Shown: positions 25,071-37,255 of the stretch, piece after piece
How positions within the stretch are numbered: the first letter of the stretch is position 1
Layout of the letters: each line of letters starts with the position of its first letter
Assembly: GCA_030390025.1 (NCBI GenBank)
Contig: JASTWF010000048.1
Location: 868,001-932,000, forward strand
DNA from: Squalus acanthias
Taxonomy: Eukaryota
DNA length: 64,000 nt
Reading direction: 5' to 3'
Position numbers and translations under genes: made by a program
Notes under the pieces: generated by a model
The model's database searches: none
What the model saw: only the letters and a program-made list of their open reading frames with translations
What the model was told of the DNA's origin: nothing

Positions 25071-25600
25071 AAAAACAGCGGCTGGACCTCCTGCTCCGCC
25101 TGCTCCTCCTCCTCCTCCTCCTTCGCCAGGTCGTCCCTGTCCAGGGACCGCTGGAAAAGAAAGAAAGCGAAACGGAAAAAGAGCGCTCGCTCAAAAAGGC
25201 AGAAGCGCCACGGCCACAAGCAAATTTCCCGCTCTGGGTACAGCATCTCCTCCTCGGGCAGCCACAGGGCACGGAGGGCGAGCAGTGCAGAAGGCAATTC
25301 CAAGGATCGATCCAGACTCCCATCACAAAGCAGAGACAAGCGTGACCTGAGGAGTCATGAGCAGTCATGCAGCAGGGACAGGAACATGGTGACTTACTCT
25401 TACAGCAGACGCGAACATCGAGCCAAAGACTGGAGCCGCAGAAGCGGCAGAGAGCGATCTTCATCAAGAGAGAAGGCCAGGTCGGCCAGCCGGGACACCC
25501 GTGCTAATCAAACCCGAGACAGGAGGACGTTGAACCGAGTGACAGCATCGTCAACGAGAAGTCGGACGTGGTCGCAGAACAGCGACAGAGTGGTTTACAG
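25071..25600 (+). other. Inserted Arg/Ser/Lys-rich exon-like fragment of an unidentified gene
   Basis: Frame 25071-25646 has no stop (SSSSSSFARSSLSRDRWKRKKAKRKKSARSKRQKRHGHK..SRTWSQNSDRVVY); GC/CpG-rich; ends TACAG/GTACCT. Confidence 0.55.
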
Positions 25601-27672
25601 GTACCTGACCCTTCTCCGGGTACCTGACCCTCCGACGGGTACCTGAACCTCCTACGAGTATTGACCCTCCTACGGGTACCTGAACCTCCTACGAGTACCT
25701 GACCCTCCTACGGGTAACTGACCCTCCGACGAGTACCTAACCCTCCTACGAGTACCTGACCATTCTACGGGTAACTGATCCTCCTACGGGTACCAGACCC
25801 TCCTACGAGTACCTGACCATTGTACGACTCCCTGACCCTCCTACGGGTACCTGACACTCCTACGGGTACCTGACCGTCCTACGGGTATCTGACCCTCCTA
25901 CGGGTACCTGACCCTCCGACGAGTACCTGACACTCCTACGGGTACCTGACCCTCCTACGGGTACCTGAATCTCCTACGAATACCTGACCCTCCTACGAGT
26001 ACCTTACCATCCTACGGGTACCTGGCACTACTACGGGTACCTGAACCTCCTACGAGTACCTGAACCTCCTACGAGTACCTGACCCTCCTACGGGTACCTG
26101 ACACTCCTATGGGTACCTGACCCTCCTACGGGTATCTGACCCTCCTACGGGTATCTGACCCTCCTACGGGCACCTGACCCTCCGACGAGTACCTGACCAT
26201 CCTACGGGTACCTGACCCACCGACGAGTACCTGACACTCCTACGGGTACCTGACCCTCCTACGGGTACCTGACCCTCCTACGAGTACCTGACCGTCCTAC
26301 GGGTACATGACCCTCCTACGAGTACCTGACCCTCCTACGGGTACATGACCGTCCTACGAGTACCTGACCTTCCTACGGGTACATCACCCTCCTACGGGTA
26401 CCTGACCCTCCTACCGGTTCCTGACCCTCCTACGAGTATCTGACCCTCCGACGGTTACCTGACCCTCCTACCGGTTCCTGACCCTCCTACAGGTACCTGA
26501 CGCTCCTACGGGTACCTGACCCTCCTACGGGTACATGACTCTCCTACGAGTACCTGACCCTCTGACGAGTACCTGACCCTCCTACGAGTACCTGACACTC
26601 CTACGGGTAACTGACCCTCCGACTTGTACCTGACCCTCCTACGGTTACCTGACCCTCCTACGGGTACCAGACCCTCCTACGAGTACCTGACCCTCCTACG
26701 GGTACCTGACCCTCCCAAGAGTACCTGACCCTCCTACGAATACCTGACCCTCCTACGAATACCTGACGCTCCTACGGGTACATGACCCTCCTACGAGTAC
26801 CTGACCCTCCTATGGGTACATCACCCTCCTACGGGTACCTGATCCTCCTACGGGTACATCACCCTCCTACGGGTACCTGTCCCTCCTACAGGTACCTGAC
26901 GCTCCTACAGGTACCTGACCCTTCTACGAGTACCTGACCCTACTACGGGTGCCTGACCCTCCAACGAGTACCTGACCCTCCAGCGGGTACCTGACCCTCC
27001 TACGGGTACATGACCCTCCTACGAGTACCTGATCCTCCTACGATTACCTGACCCTCCTACGAGTACCTGACCCTCCTACGTGTACATGACCCTCCTACGA
27101 GTACCTGAAATTCCTACGAGTACCTGCCCGTCCTACGGGTACATGACCCAGCTACGCGTACCTGACCCTACTACGGGTACATCACCCTCCTACTGGTACC
27201 TGATCTTCCTACGTGTACCTGAGCCTCCTACTTGTAACTGACCCTCCTACAGGTACCTGACCCTCCTACGAGTACCTGGCCCTCCTACAGGTACCAGACT
27301 CTCCTACGAGTACCTGACCCTCCTACGGGTACCTGACCCTCCTACGGGTACCTGACCCTCCTACGAGTACCTGACCCTCCTACAGGTACGAGACCCTTCT
27401 ACTTGTACCTGACCCTCCTACGAATACCTGAACCTCCTACGAATACCTGAACCTCCTACGGGTATATGACCCTCCTACGATTACGTGACCTTCCTACGAT
27501 TACATGACCCTCCTACGGGTACCTGACCCTCCTACAGGTACCTGACGCTCCTACGAGTACCTGACCCTCCTACGAGTACCTGACCCTCCTACGAGTACCT
27601 GACCCTCCTACGGGTACCTGACCCTCCCACGGGTACCTGACCCTCCTCCGGGTACCTGACCCTCCTACGAGT
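25601..27672. repeat. 20-bp minisatellite, ~103 units, consensus GTACCTGACCCTCCTACGR
   Basis: Continuous head-to-tail units with point variants and no spacers. Confidence 0.97.
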
Positions 27673-28109
27673 GGAAGCAGTTTTTTCCTATCTGCTCTAT
27701 CGAAGCCCGTCATGATTTTGAGTGCCTTTATTACATCTCCTCATAAGGATCTCTGCTCGAAGGAGCACAATCCCAGTGTCTCTAGTTTCTCCGGGTAGCC
27801 GAAGTTCCTCATCCATGGTAGCAGTATTGTAAATCTGCTGGGATCAGTGACTGGTGAACACAATTTGTTGTTGAATTTTGTATCGATTCCGAAAATGTTA
27901 TATAATTGCTTATTTGGTACTGATTTTGAAGGAAAGAACTTCAACAACTAGCCCAGTAGCGTGTTAGCTTCCATAGGAATATAACGATATAGGAACACGA
28001 CTTGGCTATTCAGCCCCTCGAGTCTGTTTCGCCATTAAATACGATTCTGGCTGATCTGTATCTTGAACCCATCTGCTTGCCTTGTTTCCGTAATCCCTAA
28101 CACCGTTGT

Positions 28110-29220
28110 GGTTGGGGTTATATAGTAGCATGGAGAGAGGATTGGTTAACGAAAAGAAAACAGAGAGTAGGGATAAATGGCTCTTTTTCCGATTGGCAAG
28201 CTGTAACTAGTGGATCAGTGTTGGGGCCTGAGCTATTTACAATCTATATTAATGACCTAGATGAAGGGACGAGTGTAATGTATCCAAGTTTGCTGATGAT
28301 ACAAAGCTAGGTGGGACAGTAAGCTGTGTGGAGAACACAAAGAGTCTGCAAAGAGATATAGAAAGGCTAAGTGAGTGAGCAGTAAGGTGGCAGATGGAGT
28401 ATAATGTAGGGAAATGTGAGGTTATTCACTTGAGTACGAAGAATATAAAAACAGATTATTTTTCAAATGGTGAGAAACTTTCGAATGTTGGTGTTCAGAG
28501 AGATTTGGGTGTCCTCGTGCAGGAAACACAGAAAGCTAGCATGCAGGTAGAGCAAGCAATAAGGAAGGAAAATGGCATGTTGGCCTTTACTGCAAGGGGT
28601 TTGGAGTATAAGAGTAAGGAAGTCTTGCTACAATTGTACAGGACCTAGGTGAGACCACACCTGGTGTACTGTGCACAGGTTTTATCTAAGGACGGATATA
28701 CTTGCCTTGGAGGCGGTGCAATGAAGGTTCACTCAATTGATTCCTGGGATGAGAGGCCTGTCCTATGATGAGAGATTGTGTAGAATGGGCCTACACTCTC
28801 TGGAATTTAGAAGAATGAGAGGTGATCTCATTGAAACATACAAGATTCTGAAGGGTATTGACAGGGTAGATGCTGAGTGGATGTTTCCCCTGGCTGGAGT
28901 GTCTAGAACTAGGGGCAGAATCTCAGGATAAGGGGTAGGCCATTTAAGACTGGGATGAGGAGGAATTTCTTCACTCAGAGGGTTGTGAATCTTTGGAATT
29001 CTCTGCCCCAGAGGTCTGTGAATGCTGAGTCTTTGAGTATATTCAAGGCTGAGATAGATAGATTTTTGGACTCCACGGGAATCAAGGGATATGGACATCG
29101 CGTGGGAAAGTGGAGTTGAGGTCGGGGATCAGCCATGATCTTATTAAATGGCGGAGCAGGCTCGAGAGGCCGTATGGCCTAGGCCTGCTCTTATTTCTTA
29201 TGGTCTTATGTTCTCATGTT
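28110..29220 (+). mobile_element. CR1-like LINE 3' fragment
   Basis: ORFs 28394-28648 and 28737-28931 are RT C-terminal remnants; same subfamily as 5043-6095. Confidence 0.85.
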
Positions 29221-29750
29221 CTAACAGAAATTAATGCTTCTCAGTTTAGAATTTTTCAGTTGACCCTCAGCATCCTCAGATATTTGGGAATGAGAGTTCC
29301 AGATTTCAACTACCCTTTGTGTGAAAAGTGCGTTCTGACCTCACCCTTGAACGGCCTAGATCTAATTTTAAGGTTATGTCCCCTTGTTCTGAACTCCCGC
29401 CATCAGTGGAAATAGTTTCTCTCTATCTATCCTATCGAATCCTTCAGTCTTAGTGACCCGTGAGGGTACTGCCGACATCAGTTTGAAACTGTGAGCTCGT
29501 TATTCGCTGGCCGCTACTGTTCTCTTTGTTTTCTTATTCGCAATTTTGTAAATCCGAACATTAGGATTGCATGCTGATTATTGATGCAAAGGTAATTTCT
29601 GGTGAAGATATTGCTCTTTGTGGCTTGAAACCGTTCCTGTCCACGGTCATCAATACCTGTTGTCACAATTTTTGTCACTCTTTCGCTGCTACAGTGTAAT
29701 GTTGAAAATGTCTCAGCAAAAAGCTTTAACAGAAAGCCCCCTCGAAAAGA

Positions 29751-29798
29751 CGGCCAGCAGATGACGTAGTTTTATTCGGTAACCACCAGGTGGCGCTG
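29751..29798 (+). promoter_or_regulatory. CTCF site (29780-29798) with a weaker tandem site (29751-29769)
   Basis: TAACCACCAGGTGGCGCTG and CGGCCAGCAGATGACGTAG; a full CRE TGACGTCA lies ~50 bp downstream. Confidence 0.72.
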
Positions 29799-30493
29799 CT
29801 GCCACGTTGAACGCTGCGTCACTGCGTCCAATGACACAAAGTGTGTGACGTCACAGAACAGCACCATCACAACTGATTACACAGAAATACAGCACAAGAA
29901 CAGGCCTTTCGGCCCAACTAGTCTATGCCGGTGTTGCGCTCAACATGAGCCTCTGTCCACCCTACTTCCGTATCATCGTAACAATTTACGCTAGTTCTGT
30001 TAGCTTCGGCCGGTTCTCTGAAAGAGCTGTGTAATTCGCCTCACTCCCCTGCTCCTTTCCCATAGCCATGGAGGCTTTTCGCTTCAAGAATTTATCCAAT
30101 TCTTCTTTGAAAGTTCTCTCAACGTAGCCTCTCCCAGGAAGGGGGAGGGAGGATCGTGTGCAGGTAAACCCCCTGCAGTTGTCGCACCTTGAGTCTAACG
30201 TGTTTTCCCTAATACGCCGTTCTGTACTTCACATTGAACCATGGTTGGTCTCCTGGTTTAATGAGTGTTGTGGCAGACCATGCGGTTGCTGATTGTGACG
30301 TCAATGATGTTGTTGCTCCTGAGGGCACTTCGAATCTTTCGCATTTTTGCTGCTCATTTTGCGGTTGGCGGATTTAAGGTTGCAGGTGACGCAATTTCCG
30401 GTAATGACGCTGCATCCGGCAATTGCAAGGGCAATTAATATGCCAAGCTTCTTCACTCGCAGAGCTGCAACCGGCCGATTGCTTCTGTCGAAG

Positions 30494-31514
30494 ATGCGTT
30501 TGGAATTTCTGCAACTGACTCTTTTATTTCTGATGTCCCGTAAGCGTCACGATTAAGCAACGACTCTTTTACTTAGATTCATTTAATCAATGATAATACC
30601 ATGAATGATGAATGACATCGTCGCACCATTATATATCAAGACACGATTATTTACTACGCTATTGCAACAACGTTTCCTTTAACCAGTGCATACTTTAATT
30701 GACTGTCAAGGAAATTGTGTCAGGGGTTTTCATAGAGCAGATAGGAAGAAGCCGTTTTCCAGGGGCAACAGGGTCGGTGACCCGGGGAAACAGATTTAAG
30801 ATAATTGGCAAAATAAATCGAGCAGGGTCATGAGCAGATTTTCTTTGACTAAGCGAGTTGCTCTGATCTGGAGTGCACTGACTTAAAAGGTCAATTCGCA
30901 ACTTTCAAAAGGGGAATTGGATAAATACTTGAAGAGGAAGAAAATGTAGGGCGATGGGGACAGAGCAGGGGGTTGGGGCAGGGTAGTGCGACTAATTGGG
31001 TAGCGCAGTCACAGAGAGAGCTCAGACGCTATGGGCCGAATGCCCTCCTTGCGCACTGTGCGGTTCTGTGTAGATATTCCGCTAACTTTCTTTGATTCGT
31101 TGCGTCCTGTCTTTCTTGAGAAACAGAATATCGATGCTAAAATATCAGTGAAATGCCGAGTTGATTGCGTCTGCGAAAGATCTTAATTTTTACACCCATT
31201 CCTTTGCAGGTTATGCCGTGTCAGATCTGATATCTCAGTCGCCCAGTTCCATTGCAGTAACCCCGCAAAAACGGTGGAACTGAACTGTTTTCAGATTGGA
31301 AACGCCCGCTCAAGCATGCTTTGGTATAAATTGGCCGGAGCGGGGCTGCAGTTGATTGGGTATTCCGTTTGGTCGTCAGCGCCACAAATGGAAGGGGAAT
31401 TTGAGGCCAGATTTCAAATGGCGCCAAGTGAGGGCGATAAGAAATCCACTCTCACGATTACCAGCCTAAGACCGAGCGACGCCGCCGCCTATTACTGCGC
31501 CGCTGGTGATGGAG
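30494..31514 (+). pseudogene. TRBV: TCR beta V segment V8 (family E) with a 1-nt frameshift in FR1 (pseudogene or assembly error); leader 30494-30539, V exon 31210-31514
   Basis: Leader MRLEFLQLTLLFLMS/gtaagc; A5 run at 31267-31271 is one base short of frame versus V12; remainder intact to YYCAAGDG. Confidence 0.8.
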
Positions 31515-31553
31515 CACAGCGCTTCAGACAGAGTCACGAGCCTGACAAAAACC
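31515..31553 (+). other. 23-RSS of V8
   Basis: CACAGCG + 23 bp + ACAAAAACC. Confidence 0.94.
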
Positions 31554-32094
31554 CGCACTGCGCAAACTAAGGTCGCAAACTGATTGCTTGATTGACGGGC
31601 GTTACCGTAGACATGTGTTTCCGTCATTCCACAGGTAAATTCAAACTACCTTATCCATGTTCATTTTGATCTTGTTTACGCTGAACAGAAAAGAAGTGTA
31701 TGACATTTACTTTCTAACCTCCTTTACTATTTAGGTTGGGCTTTGTGTTTAGGTTCAGAGTGCAGTTAGATAGCTTATATTTCTTTTCTGTAGACCGACA
31801 GCGGGATGCCCGATTTTTCCATCAGAGAATGGTTCGGGTTTTGTCTCAAACGCAGTCTCTCTGAAACACATTTCTCAGAGAGTACTTGATAGCTTTGACC
31901 CTGTGACCCTTGTTAAAGTGAGGGACGAATGGGCATTACGTCTTTTGCTTGAATTAGGCAGCATTTGTTTCCTGTTTTAACTTGCTAAATATGTCATAAA
32001 CACTCGATCGTAAGTTTCTACTTTCTGAGGCAATCGGCCTGGGGGGGTGATATGGATACTGCTGATTTCAACTTCCGGTGCCAGCTCGCTACAG

Positions 32095-32810
32095 AAGCTG
32101 CACTGTCTGGGGGCAGTACTGAAGGAGCGCTGCGCTGTCTGAGGGGCAGTACTGAGGGTACGCTGAACAGTCGGAGAGGCAGTACTGAGGGAGCGTTGCA
32201 TTGTCGGAGGGGCAGTACTGAGGGAGCATTGCATTATCGGAGGGGCAGTACAGAGGGAGCGCTGCCATGTCTGAGGCGCAGTACTGAGGGAGCGCTGCAG
32301 TGTTGGAGGGGCAGTACTGAGGGAGCATTGCATTGTCGGAGAGGCAGTACTGAGGGAGCATTGCATTATCGGAGGGGCAGCACTGACTGATCGCTGCACA
32401 TTCGGAGGGGGCAGTACTGAGGGAGCGCTGCACTATCGGAGTAGCAGTATTGAGGGATCACTGCACTCTTGGAAGGGGTAGTACTGAGGGAGTGCTGGAC
32501 TGTCGGAGGGGAAGGTCTGAGGGATCGCTGCACATTAGAAAGGGGCAGTACTGAGGGAGAGCAGCACTATCGGCGGGGTAGTACTGAGAGAGCGCTGCAC
32601 TGTCTGAGGGGCTGTACTGTGGGTGCGCTGAACTGTTGGAGAGGCAGTACTGAGGGAGCTCTGCACTGTTGGAGGGGCAGTACTGAGGGAGCGCCGCACT
32701 ATCGCAGGGGCAGGACTGAGGGAGCGCTGCACTGTCTGAGGGGCAGTATTGAGGGAGCGATGAACTGTCGGAGGGGCAGTGCTGAGGGAGCGCTGCACTG
32801 TCGGAGGAGC
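32095..32810. repeat. 33-bp satellite GGGGCAGTACTGAGGGAGCGCTGCACTGTCGGA (probably SINE-derived)
   Basis: About 21 units; the same motif occurs once inside the SINE at ~56830-56870. Confidence 0.92.
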
Positions 32811-33769
32811 AAAACCGGAGGTGGTGTTGCAGTTTCTGAGGTGAGGGCTTTCGCATGACACATTTAACCGAGAGAGGGCCCCGTCAGCTCTCTCAGGAGT
32901 ACATAACAGATCCTATGGCAACTCAATCGAAGAAGTGCAGGGGAGTTCTGCCCGGTGTCCTAGCTAACATCATCCAACATGACAAATAAAATTTATGATC
33001 TCGTCTTTCTCACATTTTGTCGGAGCTTGCTGTGTGCAAACTGCCTGCTTCGTTTGCAACGTTACATAGTGACTACATTTCAAAAATAAATTATGTAAAT
33101 GACTTTGAGACGTCATGCGATAGTCCAATTGTCTACAGAAATTCAAGTGTTTCTTTCTTCGAAGATTCAATGGTCTCTGACTTAAGTATGCCATGTGGCA
33201 AAACTGGCGGCGAATCAACAATCCTCTGAGTAAATAAGTTATTCCCTTAGCAAAAATGTAAAATCGTTGACTCCTAAATCAGAGAAAATAGACTTCATAC
33301 ATGGCATCAAGGAATTAAACAGCGCATCGTGTCTGTGCCGACTCTTTGAAAGAGATATCTCATTGGTCTCACTCCCCCCTGCTCTTTCCCCAGAGCCCTG
33401 CAAATCTTTCCTTTTCAAGCAAATATCCAAATCACTTTTATATGTCTACATTGTGGCAATATGCAATATTCACTATTGAATCTGGTTCCTTCACTCTTTC
33501 AGGCACTGCATACAAGATAATAAGCACTCATTGGTTTTTTAAAAAAATCAACTCATCTCCCCTCTGGTTCTCTTGCAAATTACCTTCAATCTCTGTCCTC
33601 TGGGGACCGGCCATTCTGTCAGTAGTAAGCCTTTCTCCGTATTTAATCGATCAAACACATTCATGATTTAGAACACCTGTATTGCCTTTCCCCTTGACCT
33701 TCTCTGATCGAAGGAGGAATGTCCCAGATACTCTACTCTCCCACATAACCTACATATCAACAATGCAGA

Positions 33770-35815
33770 GATTTTGTTTTATATTCGTTCATGGGATGTG
33801 GTCGTTGCTGGCAAGGCCAGCATTTATTGCCCATCAGAAGCTGCCGTTGAGAAGGTGGTGGTGAGCCGCCTTCTTTAACCGCGTCAGTCCGTGTGGTAAA
33901 GGTACTCCAACAGTGCTGTTAGGGAGGGAGTATCAGGATTTTGACCCAGCGACGATGAAGGATCGGCGATATACTTCAAGTCAGGATGGTGTGTGACTTG
34001 GAGGGGAACTTGGAGGTAGTGGTGTTCCTTTGCGCCGACTGCCTTTGTCCTTCTAGGTGGAAGAGGTTGCCGGTTTGGGAGGTGCTGCCGAAGAAGCCTT
34101 GGCGAGTTGCTGCAGTGCATCTTGTAGATGGTACACACTGCAGCCACAGTGCGATGGTGGTGGAGGGAGTGAATGATTAAAGTGGTGGATGGGGTGCCAA
34201 TCAAGTTGACTGCTTTGTCCTTGATGGTGTCGAGCTTCTTGAGTGTTGTTGATGCTGGCATCATCCAGGCAAGTGGAGAGTATTCCATCACACCCCTTAC
34301 TTGTGCCTTTTAGATGATGGAAAGGCTTTGGGGAGTCAGGAGGTGCGACACGCACAGCAGAATACCTAGCCTCTGAACTGCTATTGTTGCCGCAGTATTT
34401 ATGTGGCTGATCCAGTTCTTCTTAGGCAGTCCCTCAGAACCGAGGATGACTTGCTTCCACATTAAAAATCAGTTATCAGGTGACTGATGAGTCCAATGCG
34501 GGACCTACAGTCTCTGTCACAGGTGGCGCAGACGGTGGTTGAAGGGGCGGGTGGGTGGAGTGCTTGCTTTGACGTGCGCTCCTTGCGCTGTTTGCGCTGC
34601 TTGCGCTTACTCCCGGCGAAGAGACTCGAGGTGTTCGGCGCCTTTTCGGATGCTTCTCCTCCACTTTGTGCGGTCTTGCGCCCGGGATGCCCAGGTGTAA
34701 GTGGGGATGTTGCACTTTTTCAAGGAGGCTTTGAGGGTGTCCTTGAAGAGTTTCCTCTGCCCACCTGGGGCTCTCCTGCCGTGCCGGAGCTCCCAGTGGA
34801 GCGCTTGTTTTCGGAGTCTCGTATCGGGCATGCGGACGATGTGACCCGTCCATCGGAGCTTTTCGACCGTGGTCAAAATTTCGATGCTGGGAATGCTGGC
34901 CTGAGCGAGAACACTGACGTTGGTGCGCCTGTCCTGCCAATGAATTTGCAGGATCTTGCGGAGGCAGCGTTGGTGGTACCTCTACAGTGCTTTGAGGTGC
35001 CTGCTGTACATGGTCCATCTCTCTGAGTCATACAACAGGGCGGGTATCACTGCTGCTCTGTAGACCATGAGCATAGTGCCGGGTTTGAGGTCCTGGTCTT
35101 CAAACACTCTCTTCCTCAGGCGACCAAAGTCTGCACTGGCACACTGAAGGCGATGTTGGAATCGTCATCGACGTCTGCCTTTGTTGACAGTAGACTCCCA
35201 AGGTATGGAAAGTGGTCCACGTTGTCCAAGGCCTTGTCGTGGATTTTGATAATCGGGGTGCAGTACTGTGTGGCGGGGGCAGGTTGGTAGAGGTTGGTTA
35301 CGTTTCTGGTCAATGGTGAACCCCAGGATGTTGTGGTGGGGCATTCGGCGATGGTAATGCCGTTGAATGTCAAGGGGCGGTGGTTAAACACTGGCTTTTT
35401 GGAGATAGTCATTGCCTGGCACTTGTGTGGCGCGAATGTTACCTGCCACATATCAGCCCAAGCCTGAACGTCGTCCAGGTCTTGTTGCATGCGGACATGG
35501 ACAGCTTCATTATCTGAGGAGTTGTGAATGGCACTGATCACTATGCAGTCTTCGGCGAACATCGCTATTTCTGACATTATGTTGGAGGGAAGGTCATTGA
35601 TGAAGCAGCTGAAAATGGTTGGGCCTAGGAAACTGCCTTGAGGTACTGCTGAAGCGATGTCCTGGGGCTCTGATGATTAACCTTCAATCACCACAACCAT
35701 CTTCCTTTGTGCTAGGTATGACTCCAACCGATGGAGATTTTTCCCCCCGATTCCCATTGAGTTCAGTTTTACTAGGGCTCTTTGATGCCACACTCGGTCA
35801 AAAGCTGCCCTAAAG
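33770..35815 (-). mobile_element. CR1/L2-group LINE fragment interrupted by an RTE-clade LINE fragment (~34416-35295)
   Basis: Outer: MEYSPLAW..LDTIKDKAVNLIG and MFAEDC..WQVTFAPHKC; inner: LRWTGHIVRMPDTRLRKQ..GGQRKLFKDTLK (RTE signature). Confidence 0.8.
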
Positions 35816-36074
35816 TCAACCGTTCCAAACTACATGAACCTGCCGAACCCTTGGAAGAGATTGCACATTGCAAGTTAGCTCTGTGTATTTATTATTCCTA
35901 CCTTTACACATAGGACAGTAGCGTCTGCTTTCCTGGTGAAGTGCTATTGGGCGCTCTTGTAATGACGTCATCTCCGTACCCAAGCACAAAACGAGGCATA
36001 GGTGCAATCGGAGACCATTGTGTGACTGCGCGTTTAAGCTGGGAGGTGGAAAAGACGGTTCAGTTTCTGACATC

Positions 36075-37216
36075 ATGCTGTGCACTGCTCAACTATATCT
36101 ACTGTTGCTGTTTCTCCCAGGTTAATCTTTGTACTTGTAGGGCAATTTGAGCCCGGTTTACTCTGGTCTTGTAACGTAAATTCGCATTCCTGATCATACG
36201 CTGCACTCAGTTAGATCTTTTAAAGGATTTATTACTTTTTTACGCAGCGACTTGTTAGGATCTGGAATGTACTGCCTGAGAAGGTGGTAGAAACAGATTC
36301 AATAGTAACATTCAAAAGACAATTGGATAAGTACCTAAAGGGGAAATATTTGCAGGGCTACGAGATAGATCAGGGGATTGGAACTAATTGGATAGCACTT
36401 TCATAGAGCCGGCATAGGCAAGATGGGCCGAGTAGCCTCATTCAGTGATGTTTCAATTTCCGATTCTATGAATGTACTCCCATTCTGCCCGATGGTTTAT
36501 TCATTTTCCTGATATATTTTACTTATGTTGGCGTCTTACCTTTACCTGAAGTTTGGATGGGCCTAGGCAGCAGGTTCCGGCGCATTGCCCGCGTGAGTGA
36601 TCACAACCAGTCAGTCTCGATGATCTGGTTGAGGTTCAGGGCTCTGCAACACAACCTGAGATCTCGGCGTAGAATGGTGCAGCTGGCTGATATTTGTCCA
36701 CCCCAGAATTGGCCACTGAGGCCATGTGTAGCGATTTAGCGTCGCTGCAGTTGTGCTCCTCGGATACTTGGCGTCAACAGATGACGAGTCTATATTTTAG
36801 CTCAGCGAATTGATCGACTTTCGAATGAAACGGGCATTTTGACAGAAAATGTCTCTCTATCCCTATTGTGCCTATTTTTCATTTGATCTGATCTGTTTCT
36901 CATGTTCCTCTGTAGCCCGTTGCAGGAGTGCTCTTGTTTCCAGTGGTGGAACCGGTTGTCGGTTGGAGCGGGGCGAACGGCGGAAATGCACTGCTACCAG
37001 AACGACACGAGCGATATGTATATGTACTGGTACCGGCAGCATAACTGGGCAGGGCTGCAGCTCATAGCGACATCGGTTAGCAGCTCTGACCCAAAGCCTG
37101 AAGACGGTTTCAAGGAGAGGTTTGAAGTCACCAGACCCGATCTTAAGTCCTGCAGCCTGAAAATACTGAGCGTCGAGCCGACTGACACGGCGGTGTATTA
37201 CTGCGCTGCTAGAGAT
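36075..37216 (+). pseudogene. TRBV: TCR beta V segment V9 (family D) with a 1-nt frameshift at the FR1 start; leader 36075-36120, V exon 36916-37216
   Basis: Leader MLCTAQLYLLLLFLP/gttaat; TTCCAG where V10, V11 and V13 have TTCCCAG; rest intact AEMHCYQNDT..WYRQ..YYCAARD. Confidence 0.8.
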
Positions 37217-37255
37217 CACAGTGATTCAAACAGGTGCAGGGCTGGTCCAAAACCA
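37217..37255 (+). other. 23-RSS of V9 (weak nonamer)
   Basis: CACAGTG + 23 bp + CCAAAACCA. Confidence 0.85.

Noticed and set aside
25601-27672. CRISPR array
   Set aside because: Head-to-tail units with no unique spacers, no cas genes, vertebrate context
36530-36850. Conserved intronic block in family-D genes as a novel enhancer or ncRNA
   Set aside because: Conservation is explained by paralogy, and the minus strand resembles an old SINE relic; no independent support
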